From the IMG/VR virus record IMGVR_UViG_3300025849_000002: a DNA stretch of 36,623 nucleotides; one strand, 5' to 3'. Made by a program: the position numbers and the translations under genes. The notes under the pieces are model-generated. The model saw only the letters and a list, made by a program, of their open reading frames with translations. It was not told the origin of the DNA and did not search any database. Positions 23,067 through 31,085 of this stretch are shown here, piece by piece (position 1 is the first letter of the stretch; each line of letters opens with the position of its first letter). The DNA is from a virus.

Positions 23067-24988
23067 TAGTCGCGGTAACCGGTGAAACCGTAGCCACCGA
23101 AGTTAGTTCCGGTTCGGTTCGTCATGTCCGTCAGGGTCTTAAAGGACCGGTACACGTTGGCGATGATGCGAACGACCCCGCTATCGGCGTCAGTGTAAGG
23201 GTCAATAATCAAATTTAAACCACCCCACCTACATTGTACGGCGCGGGTAGCGTCCATCATGTACAGGTGACCGGCGTCAACAGAGCTATTGATGACCGTC
23301 GGGTACTCGAGGACGGATTGGCGGGTACTTGGGGAAGAGGCAAACAGCAGACCGGAACCGGCGTCGAGAGAGAGCTGACGATTAGTACGGTAAGCGGTAG
23401 GGCTAGTGAGAACGCGAATGTTCTGATTGTCTACGTTGTCAATCATCAAATCCTCCTCCATATGAAGGGCGTTCTGAGTTGCGGCGGCGAATTGGGCAAT
23501 CGTTCCACCAGCGCGGTGATCAGCAGCTGCGTCAATAGCAGAGACAACAGTGGTGTTGAACTTTGCGTCCACAGCCTTGCGAATCTCAGAAGCAACAAAA
23601 GCGCCGAGATCGTCAGAGGTCTGAGCCAAGAGCTGCTCGGTCACCTGAACGTGAGCGGAAACCCGGGTTGGGGTCAGCTCAATGGCGCTGAACGTCATGT
23701 TGCCCACTGCCTGGGGTACGCTCTCATTTGGGGTAGCCGTTCCGGGAGGCTTGTCCGCAACTTGGAAGACAACATTACCGCTGACGCCCGTGACCGTGCG
23801 CACACCCAGCTGCGTGGCGACGTCGTTCGGGTGCAAGAACTCGGTGAACCCCTGGTCGGCTACACCAATCTTACCACCAAACGCGTCAGCCGTGGAGCCT
23901 ACCGTCGCGGTTCCGAGGGCGTCAACACGCTTCTCCGTAAGAAAACTCGGGACGCTGATGCCACCGGCGATGTTCACCTTAGAGTCGGTAAACTCTGATC
24001 GAGCCTCTTGGTTCATCTCTGCTTCAAGGCCAGAGAGCTTACCTTGTGCGGCCTCACGAAGGGCCTTTCCAAAGCTGTAACGCTGTTGGACATTTGACTG
24101 TTGGTCGCCCCGGCTTTGTACGATAGCCGGAGCATTCTTTTCGTTCTCCATGGTATGGGAATTTGAATTATTAGAATTGCGAGCCTCCGGCTCAGGGATT
24201 ATTTCTTCTAGTGCGTAAGGATGTGGAAGGATGGCGGGGTCAATGAGCTGGTCAACGCGCTCTTCTTCCTCCTCCTCTTCTTCCTCGTCCTCCATCTTTT
24301 CCTCTTTCTCTTCCTCCTCGGCTTCGGATTTCTCCTCTTTCTCTTCCTCCTCGTCCTTGGCGCCATACGCCTTCTCTTCCTTCTCCTCCTCCTCTTCTTC
24401 GGCGCGAACCTCCTCTTCCTCAATCAGTGCCACATCCTCATTAGCGAGAGCAGTCTCCATGCTGCGAAGGCCGACATCAGTGGTTGGGTAGGCACCCTGG
24501 GTTGTGGGAGAAACGTCGAACAAAAGATCTACTTCTTTAATTGTACGCAAATTAACACCGTCATCCCTGCGTTCCCACTCATCATCACGGACAGTAAAAC
24601 CAAAGGAGCTAGTGCTTACGTTGCCCATGCGAATGTTCTCTACGAGATCTTTTGCATAGGATTGATTTCCAATCTCAAAACGGTACTTGAGCCCACGTTT
24701 ATCGACACTAAGCTCTAAGCCTCGCCCGACACGCGCCAAGGGTTGATTGATGTCGTGATTGAATAGCGCAACAGTGTTGTCCATCCGAGCACCTTTAAAT
24801 GCACCAGGGGCAACCCGTTCGGCGAACTGCCCACCGATGACCGTCTCATCGTTAAATACGGCAGCGTAGCCCTCAATGACAGGATTCTTGTCGGCAGCCT
24901 CACGGACTTCTACAGATCCTGTTAGAATTCGAATTTCTTTCTTGTCTGACATGACTTTACTTTTTTCCTTCGACTTTATTAATGACAC
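23066..24988 (-). CDS. prohead protease (HK97/S78-like) fused to HK97-fold major capsid protein through a poly-Glu/Lys linker
   Basis: N-terminal IEGYAAVFN...FNHD...STSSFGF is protease-like. An approximately 55-aa EEEEKEEK-type linker lies near 24230..24420. The C-terminal ~370 aa are capsid-like (..LNLIIDPYTDADSGVVRIIANVY..). One uninterrupted ORF. Confidence 0.8.
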   Translation of the reverse strand: MSLIKSKEKSKVMSDKKEIRILTGSVEVREAADKNPVIEGYAAVFNDETVIGGQFAERVAPGAFKGARMDNTVALFNHDINQPLARVGRGLELSVDKRGLKYRFEIGNQSYAKDLVENIRMGNVSTSSFGFTVRDDEWERRDDGVNLRTIKEVDLLFDVSPTTQGAYPTTDVGLRSMETALANEDVALIEEEEVRAEEEEEEKEEKAYGAKDEEEEKEEKSEAEEEEKEEKMEDEEEEEEEEERVDQLIDPAILPHPYALEEIIPEPEARNSNNSNSHTMENEKNAPAIVQSRGDQQSNVQQRYSFGKALREAAQGKLSGLEAEMNQEARSEFTDSKVNIAGGISVPSFLTEKRVDALGTATVGSTADAFGGKIGVADQGFTEFLHPNDVATQLGVRTVTGVSGNVVFQVADKPPGTATPNESVPQAVGNMTFSAIELTPTRVSAHVQVTEQLLAQTSDDLGAFVASEIRKAVDAKFNTTVVSAIDAAADHRAGGTIAQFAAATQNALHMEEDLMIDNVDNQNIRVLTSPTAYRTNRQLSLDAGSGLLFASSPSTRQSVLEYPTVINSSVDAGHLYMMDATRAVQCRWGGLNLIIDPYTDADSGVVRIIANVYRSFKTLTDMTNRTGTNFGGYGFTGYRD

Positions 24989-25283
24989 CGCTACACCAGC
25001 TCTTCATGGAGCTCCCGCCCCACGCCGCATACATAACGCTACCGCAGATTTCTTTGCCATCTTTATCGTAAAACCCACCTGTATTGTAAGTGGCACTTCG
25101 GCTCAAGAAGCTAAAGGTTCTTTTTATTGTAGACAGACTAAGCTTTTTTCCGGACGCGATTTGATTAGCACGTTGCCAGCCCACATTCGTCCCGCAAGAA
25201 GACCCTTTGTCCTCTTTGTGTTTCAGTGCCTTGCGGGCCGCTGCCTTAGCCGAAGCTGGATATCCCCCGTAACTTTCAGCCAT
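24957..25283 (-). CDS. hypothetical head-module protein (108 aa)
   Basis: ATG 25283 overlaps the upstream TAA (TAATG). The track start at 25295 is a TTG. The GTNVGWQRANQIASGKKLS...AAWGG pattern recurs in phage head modules (from memory, family name unknown). Confidence 0.5.
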   Translation of the reverse strand: MAESYGGYPASAKAAARKALKHKEDKGSSCGTNVGWQRANQIASGKKLSLSTIKRTFSFLSRSATYNTGGFYDKDGKEICGSVMYAAWGGSSMKSWCSGVINKVEGKK

Positions 25284-25726
25284 TAGTCTTTCCAAGTAAT
25301 GGTTGCCGTATCCGGGTTGATAAGAGCCGAGGAGCTGTATGCGTATCCAAAAATGTAGATGCGCTTTCCAACGCGCAGTCGGAAGTCGTCGCCGGAGCTC
25401 ACACTCGTAGCGGTGGTGGCGTCAAAAACCTGCTTCAGTTCATTAACGATGTGATTCGCATCAAAGCCAGTCGTTGGCTGTTGGGTAACGGCCAGTACAA
25501 GATTGGGGAATGCATTGGATAGCGCCAAATACGCCAAAGCCGCTTGAGTGGCAGCGGTCGTGCTGTTCCCAGTCAGACTGCTGGGCCACTGATAGAACAT
25601 ATGGTAGTTCTTACCACCAAAATCGGGAGTGCCAGCAAAGCCTACATCAATTGTGGTCGCGTCATTGGCAGCCGTAGGGTTGTCGTTCTCCCGAACATTC
25701 TTAATGAAGTAACCAATTCTAGGCAT
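25283..25726 (-). CDS. hypothetical head-module protein (147 aa)
   Basis: ORF overlaps the portal stop by 8 nt. No motif recognised. Confidence 0.5.
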   Translation of the reverse strand: MPRIGYFIKNVRENDNPTAANDATTIDVGFAGTPDFGGKNYHMFYQWPSSLTGNSTTAATQAALAYLALSNAFPNLVLAVTQQPTTGFDANHIVNELKQVFDATTATSVSSGDDFRLRVGKRIYIFGYAYSSSALINPDTATITWKD

Positions 25727-26948
25727 CGATTTTATTGTTATTAGTCACAGAAGAAGCGAAATCCTCCATCTTGTCCAAAGGTATCATGTTCACTTGGAGG
25801 TGGTGGGCATCGCCTCCCTCAACAGGTCCGTACCCTTCTTTCTCTCTAATTTCATTTATTGAGAAAACTCCGTCCTGGAGGAGGGAATGATAATACTTAG
25901 CGCGAGTCTCAGTATCACCGCGAAGTAGCGTACTCACATCAAAATAACAGCCTAAGCTCTTGTCGTCGCGAAGTAGCTTGCGTTCAATCTCTAATTCAAT
26001 ACGCCGGACCCAAGGCAAGATGCAGCCCTGCTGAAACTGCAACACCTGCTGCTCGTAGTTGCTGTATGCCGTGTTGCCCTCTAGTCCAATCATAGCCGGA
26101 GGAACACCGTAGATGCGGGCGATTTCCTCGGTAGTGTACTTGCGCATTTCCAAGAACTGCAACTGATCAAGAGGGACTGTAAGGGGCTGGTACTGGAAGC
26201 CACCACCTAGAATAGCCATCTTGTGGGCATTAGCTACACCAGAGTACTCCCGCTCCCACATATCCTTTGCCTCCTGCATCTGCTCTACGCTAAGGTGCTC
26301 CTTGGTAGATAGGATGCCACCCATCATTCCTCCATTCTGGAAAAACCTTGAGCCAAAATCCTGTACAGCCTTTGCCGTCGATAGGTTCTGAAGCTGCTGA
26401 TGCGTAGGATTAACCCCACGGAACGCTTTTATTTCCAAAACATCCGATGACGGTATCGGCCCTGGGCTATTCTCATAGCTATAGAAACGCTCACCGGTAA
26501 GGGGGTCGTCTTCATAGAAAACCCTGCTGCTTGGCAGGTAATAAATCTCTCCTTGATCCCTGTGGATGAATGCATAGCCGGTTCCGTAAAGCAGTGCGTC
26601 GCTAATAAGCATCTGCCAAAATTCATAAGCACCAATAAAAGGGTTTGGCTCTTTAGCAATCATCCTGTATGCAGGGTGGTCGTGACGCATAACGCGAGCG
26701 CCATGTGAGTCACCTTCAAACTGGACTACGTGCGCCTCTAGACTAGCAATTGTGTCAGCAATCTTACTGGTACAGGCGTATACAGCGCTGAGTTCGAGCG
26801 CTCCGCTGCCTCCGCTAAAGCCATCTCCAAAGATGCGCATATAGTTTTGACCCCTCGCGAGCATGTAGTCCGCGTAGTTCTGGCGCTTCTCCGGGAATAA
26901 AGCCCGCAGTGCTCGTGAAAAAATACTCGGCTTGCTTTCTGATGCCAT
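25719..26948 (-). CDS. portal protein (HK97-type)
   Basis: 409 aa, located between TerL and the protease-capsid gene. Sequence is typical of HK97-family portals. Confidence 0.85.
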   Translation of the reverse strand: MASESKPSIFSRALRALFPEKRQNYADYMLARGQNYMRIFGDGFSGGSGALELSAVYACTSKIADTIASLEAHVVQFEGDSHGARVMRHDHPAYRMIAKEPNPFIGAYEFWQMLISDALLYGTGYAFIHRDQGEIYYLPSSRVFYEDDPLTGERFYSYENSPGPIPSSDVLEIKAFRGVNPTHQQLQNLSTAKAVQDFGSRFFQNGGMMGGILSTKEHLSVEQMQEAKDMWEREYSGVANAHKMAILGGGFQYQPLTVPLDQLQFLEMRKYTTEEIARIYGVPPAMIGLEGNTAYSNYEQQVLQFQQGCILPWVRRIELEIERKLLRDDKSLGCYFDVSTLLRGDTETRAKYYHSLLQDGVFSINEIREKEGYGPVEGGDAHHLQVNMIPLDKMEDFASSVTNNNKIDA

Positions 26949-26978
26949 GACCGCAAAAGTCTGCGGTGCTCTGTGAGG

Positions 26979-28730
26979 TTATAGGTCCACGACAGCCATG
27001 AAAAAACTGAATCCATCCTCTTGCTCAAATGTTAGGGCTTCACCAATAGACATGATAGCAGCTACCACGCCGTCAATCTTGTCCCCACTCTTGCCTTTGT
27101 CAGGTTTAATATTGCCGCTAGGGTCCGTGCGCAGCACCACATTCCCCATCATCCATCGTAACACCGGGTCGCCACCGTGGTGAAGTTTATTGGTCCATAA
27201 AGCCTTAGAGAATTCCTTGCTTGGAAAGCTCATTGAGGCAAAACCCTGACCGTATGGGTCGCAAGTAATGCCGTCACCCTCTAAATCACGGATTAGGTTC
27301 AAGCTATTCCACCTATCATACGCCACGCCCATGATTTTGTACTTTTCACTTAGGTTGTCACTATCATACTCTACTTTTCCGTCCAATACATAATGACCAC
27401 TTACAAGTCTACGTATGGAGTTGTAATCCGTTACATTGCCAGGGGTGATGGTAACGTTGTCCAAGTCAGTCAGGTCACCGTAAATAGACGTTTCATCCTT
27501 TGCTAACCTGCGTTTAATTGACATTTCAGGTAGGAAATAGTGCATGCTTAAACCCCAGCCATTTTCAGCGTCACCAGTGCATATGGCAAGGGCAGTCATG
27601 TCATCAGTAGAAGCTAGGTCTAATCCCATAAATGCTTTTGGTTTGCCTGTCGCACGGTCTATTTCCGCATAGGTATCTGGTGAACAGCAGTTTTCCTCGC
27701 TCATAAACGTCGAATCCTCTACCCAAACCTCCTCTGTGCCCACAAATACGTTAAGGTGCTTGACCATAAACTCAGTTATGTTCCTGCCACCATACATCTG
27801 TGCGTTGGCAAATTGAGCACGAAGGTGTGACTCGCTGACGCTAACCCCAAGGTTTGGATTGGCCTTGTGCCATGCAGCCTGATCGTCCCATTCGTCCTCC
27901 TCATCTACCTCATACGGCAAGATAAGCAGCCTGTCATTGGCCTTACTGCCATCTAACACTGCTTTGCCTGCCCGAATGAACTGAGCGCAGGGTCCATCCG
28001 GTACAAAACCAGCAGTCGTAATAGCCAGCATCAAGGGGCTCTTTCGGCTACCCATGGAGCTAGCAAGTACGCGATAAAGGTCACCATTCTTCATGGCGTG
28101 AAACTCATCGACGACCGCGAGGTTTAGGTTCAAGCCGTCCAAAGTATTAGCATCCGAGCTCAATGGACGTATAGTACCATCCTTTGGGGCCAAAACCTCG
28201 CCTCTACGCACAGTAAAACGCTTGCCTAGGATTGGATTTGTCTTTATGCATCGACACACCTCATCAAACACCTCACGGGCTTGGTCCCGCTTTGTGGCAG
28301 CCGTTACCAACTGCGGAGCACCATCCTGGTCTAGTGTAGCCATCGCAAGTGCAATACCTGCTGCTAGCTGTGACTTGCCGTTTTTACGTGCAACAAACAG
28401 GTGCGCACTGCTAAATCGCCTGCGATGTGCGTCGGATCGGTCTACCCATCCAAAAATCTGCCCAACAAAGAAGCATTGCCAAGGCTCTAAAAGCATAGGC
28501 TGCCCTGCTAGCTCACCGCGTGTATGAACGCAGACCCGCTCAATAAAATTGATGTATCGCGCAGCAGATTCAAAGTTGAAGGTCCACTCCCAATCATCGC
28601 GCTGCAAGTCTGTAAGAAACCTCTGACCCGCTAATTGTATGTACTTACCGCATGGAATGCCACCAGTTGTGACTCCTTCCACGTAATTCCATATCCTATC
28701 TAGGGCAGAGGTGTCTGAGTTGCCTGCCAT
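26979..28730 (-). CDS. terL: terminase large subunit
   Basis: 583 aa. Walker A-like FVARKNGKSQ, Terminase_1-like layout. TAATG coupling to TerS. Confidence 0.9.
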   Translation of the reverse strand: MAGNSDTSALDRIWNYVEGVTTGGIPCGKYIQLAGQRFLTDLQRDDWEWTFNFESAARYINFIERVCVHTRGELAGQPMLLEPWQCFFVGQIFGWVDRSDAHRRRFSSAHLFVARKNGKSQLAAGIALAMATLDQDGAPQLVTAATKRDQAREVFDEVCRCIKTNPILGKRFTVRRGEVLAPKDGTIRPLSSDANTLDGLNLNLAVVDEFHAMKNGDLYRVLASSMGSRKSPLMLAITTAGFVPDGPCAQFIRAGKAVLDGSKANDRLLILPYEVDEEDEWDDQAAWHKANPNLGVSVSESHLRAQFANAQMYGGRNITEFMVKHLNVFVGTEEVWVEDSTFMSEENCCSPDTYAEIDRATGKPKAFMGLDLASTDDMTALAICTGDAENGWGLSMHYFLPEMSIKRRLAKDETSIYGDLTDLDNVTITPGNVTDYNSIRRLVSGHYVLDGKVEYDSDNLSEKYKIMGVAYDRWNSLNLIRDLEGDGITCDPYGQGFASMSFPSKEFSKALWTNKLHHGGDPVLRWMMGNVVLRTDPSGNIKPDKGKSGDKIDGVVAAIMSIGEALTFEQEDGFSFFMAVVDL

Positions 28731-29221
28731 TATGTTAAATCGTCAATAGCGTCACCCTCTTGGCTGCGGTCTACAGCTAGGCCACCATTGACAACAGCGC
28801 CTAGTATCCTGGTCCTGTCCATTGGACTTAGGCCAAGCTTCGCACTTAACTTCATTACTTGATCCTGAGCCTTGGATAGCGCAGTAAATGCTCCGCTGAC
28901 ATTGCTAGTGCCGTTAGGATACACCTGAATCATGTCATCCACCCCCTGCACTTGCCTTGCAGCCGCTATGTACAAAGCAAGGGACTTGGCTAGCATTGTG
29001 ACTGTTATTACATCCACAGACTCAATTAAACCCCGGTCCTCTAGGTAGTCAACGACCATAGTAAACAAGCGGTCACCATCAGTGTCTAGGTTAAAAATGG
29101 GGCGTAGTTCTACCACTGGAGCCGCATCTTGCTTCTGTTCAGCGGTGGGTGTCAATGCTACCTCAGCGGCTTCACGCATTTGACTTAATATGTCTTTTTT
29201 CGTATCAGACACTATATTCAA
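28730..29221 (-). CDS. terS: terminase small subunit (P27-family-like)
   Basis: 163 aa immediately upstream of TerL. C-terminal LSKAQDQVMKLSAKLGLSPMDRTRI resembles P27-type small terminases. Confidence 0.6.
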   Translation of the reverse strand: MNIVSDTKKDILSQMREAAEVALTPTAEQKQDAAPVVELRPIFNLDTDGDRLFTMVVDYLEDRGLIESVDVITVTMLAKSLALYIAAARQVQGVDDMIQVYPNGTSNVSGAFTALSKAQDQVMKLSAKLGLSPMDRTRILGAVVNGGLAVDRSQEGDAIDDLT

Positions 29222-29588
29222 ATGTACAGCTTAATGTGCTACGGTGAATGAGGTCTACGTCTACAAAGTAAGACTCATCAAATAAGCGAATAGTAAAATT
29301 GGCTGAATTGTAAGCTAAAGCCGCAGCCTTTACCGCCTCATGGATAAAAGCCGTCTGCTCGGCAGTATCTGAGTAAACCAAGTAGTCAACCCTGTATATT
29401 GTAGACGCAGTAGCATTTGTCATTGTAGCCTCATAGTCTACAGTACCCATATTGATGACGATGCCAGGCAACTGCTGCCCTTGGGCACGTTGACTAAATC
29501 CAATTTTTGTGGCGGGCACGTAAGCAGTCACGCCTGTGTTTTGGACTACAAGCCTTCGGGCATCGGGAATTAAAAGTGTCAGACTCAT
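29205..29588 (-). CDS. hypothetical protein, DUF3168/tail-completion-like (127 aa)
   Basis: Weak pattern resemblance only (..YVPATKI...QLPGIVINMG..). Sits between the HNH and TerS genes. Confidence 0.4.
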   Translation of the reverse strand: MSLTLLIPDARRLVVQNTGVTAYVPATKIGFSQRAQGQQLPGIVINMGTVDYEATMTNATASTIYRVDYLVYSDTAEQTAFIHEAVKAAALAYNSANFTIRLFDESYFVDVDLIHRSTLSCTFEYSV

Positions 29589-29974
29589 TGCGCAAAAAAT
29601 TTCATCTTCAGGTATCTAGCCCACTCTTCTTTGGTTTCTAACCACACACCTTTAGCAGTGTAGCTAGCTCGTTTGCTGTTGCATGACCGGCAGCTGCCGA
29701 CAAGATTTTCTTGGTCAAAGAATGCAGACCTGCTGTGCAAAGATGATGATGGTTGGATGTGGTCAGCGTCGGTGCTTTCGGTCATGATCCCAATGTGCTC
29801 GCACCAATAGCACACAGGGTACCGATCTAACACCGCTTGCCTAGTGGATTCCCATTCTGCCGTGCGGTACAGTGGGTTGGATGTGCTGACTGAAGCATTG
29901 GCGAAAGAGGGCCTGGTCCTGCCCTTCTTTTTTGCCATCCAAGGTTTGGGCTTTGCACGTCGTCGGATATACAT
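29585..29974 (-). CDS. HNH endonuclease (terminase-associated type)
   Basis: CYWCEH...DADHIQP...NLVGSCRSCNSKRA (HNH with Cys pairs). First gene of the late block, next to the terminase genes. Confidence 0.8.
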   Translation of the reverse strand: MYIRRRAKPKPWMAKKKGRTRPSFANASVSTSNPLYRTAEWESTRQAVLDRYPVCYWCEHIGIMTESTDADHIQPSSSLHSRSAFFDQENLVGSCRSCNSKRASYTAKGVWLETKEEWARYLKMKFFAQ

Positions 29975-30204
29975 GGGAGACTAGGAGACTAGGGATCGGG
30001 AAAGTTTCGTCCCAAGATACAAAGGGGCTGGCGTTCAGGGGTTTAGGTAAATGCCTCACGGATATTTTTTTTCATTACTCCTAGTCTCCATGTCTCCCAC
30101 CCCCCTGTAACACCAGTAAACACAGGGCTTTGCGCCGGAGACTTACGGGAGACCAGGAGACTTATGATATGATCGGGAGACATAGCGGGAGACATACGGG
30201 AGAC
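29975..30204. repeat. array of ten (G)GGAGAC boxes (8 on +, 2 on -)
   Basis: Copies read at 29975, 29984, 30084(-), 30092(-), 30137, 30147, 30156, 30175, 30187 and 30198. 29975-29995 and 30078-30098 form a roughly 21-bp inverted repeat. The downstream six are spaced 9-12 or 19 nt apart. Confidence 0.8.
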
Positions 30205-30305
30205 CAAGAACCCCCCCTACCTAAAAATAGCTGTGATGTGCGAGAAATGACCCGCCGCCGGTCCTTCGACCAACGCGGTATAATTATAGACCACCCCTTA
30301 TATTC

Positions 30306-30322
30306 TATCGACGAAAAATATT
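30306..30322. repeat. left arm of inverted repeat TATCGACGAAA(AA)TATT
   Basis: The reverse complement recurs at 31071..31085 (11-nt perfect core TTTCGTCGATA at 31075..31085). Confidence 0.7.
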
Positions 30323-30332
30323 ATATGTTATC

Positions 30333-30485
30333 TGTAGGATTATTCCTACACGAAATTGTAGGACGATTCCTACAAGATTTGTAAGAGGATTCCTACAAAA
30401 AAATGTAAGATTATTCCTACAGACGTGTAAGAGGATTCCTACAGTTGTAAGATAGTTCCTACAACATCATCAGAATTGTCCTACA
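30333..30485. promoter_or_regulatory. phased array of six 18-bp palindromic sites TGTA(G/A)GA-N4-TCCTACA plus one half-site (operator or iteron array)
   Basis: Sites at 30333, 30357, 30380, 30404, 30426 and 30446 (each 18 bp), with a degenerate copy ending at 30485. Start-to-start spacing is 20-24 bp. Confidence 0.8.
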
Positions 30486-31037
30486 CAAAAAATATCCAAA
30501 AAAATTAGGATAAATCCAGGGCGTTCACTATAGCCGTTGCCTTGAAGTCGCTATATGTAGAAAATTTGATATATACAAGCGTTGTGGATAACTATTAAAA
30601 AATAAATATGTTAAATAATTAGGATAAACAAAAAACATATCAGGGGCGATTTAAGGGGTCATTTAGCCATTTAGGGGGTAATATGGGCCCTAGGTATGCG
30701 AAGGAGTATAATAATCAAAATATGAAGGTTTGGGGTTCAAAAAGTGTATAATATGATATAATGTAACCGATGGATACCCGATTTTAATAGACTAAAAAAA
30801 ATACGTTATACGTTGTTCGATAAATCGGTGTAATTGATAGATGGATTGCATATAATAATAGACGAAAAAAAAGTGTTAAAAAGCTTGTGCATGTCATTTT
30901 TTGGATTAAGGAAAACGGCCATAATAATATTATACACTTTCGTCTATAGAATAAGTTAATTGGTCGTGTTATACCCAATATCTGTCAGGAACAATTCCCA
31001 CCAAATTAGTATGATATGGATCAGCGGATGCGCTGTT

Positions 31038-31055
31038 TGTAGGAATATTCCTACA
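31038..31055. promoter_or_regulatory. isolated perfect 18-bp palindrome TGTAGGAATATTCCTACA (consensus copy of the 30333-30485 sites)
   Basis: Read directly. It is self-complementary over all 18 bp and lies about 570 bp from the array. Confidence 0.8.
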
Positions 31056-31070
31056 AGAAGCATTTTGGTC

Positions 31071-31085
31071 AATATTTCGTCGATA
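31071..31085. repeat. right arm of inverted repeat (AATATTTCGTCGATA)
   Basis: Reverse complement of 30306..30322 apart from a 2-nt A-run difference. Confidence 0.7.

Noticed and set aside
23234-24080. 254-aa and 132-aa + strand ORFs antisense to the capsid gene
   Set aside because: They lie opposite a strongly supported capsid ORF in a GC-rich stretch, and the translations are low-complexity and Arg/Gly/Ser-rich.
24208-24718. Poly-Lys/Arg, poly-Ser and poly-Leu/Phe ORFs
   Set aside because: They are the alternative and antisense frames of the GAA/GAG/AAG repeat that encodes the poly-Glu/Lys linker of the protease-capsid fusion.
25719-25721. Genome-wide TAG reassignment (as in some recoded phages)
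   Set aside because: TAG also ends the portal gene, 7288..7824 and 36285..36542, and in each case the next gene overlaps it in another frame. No other late gene is split by an in-frame TAG, and no suppressor tRNA is encoded. The 20115 TAG therefore looks like a local event.
30130-30384. 84-aa + ORF across the GGGAGAC boxes
   Set aside because: The translation is just the repeats (GDQE.., GRH..). It has no coupling and lies in the divergent control region.
30333-30485. Possible CRISPR array
   Set aside because: The repeats are only 18 bp, palindromic, and separated by 2-6 bp rather than by spacers of about 30 bp. There are no cas genes.
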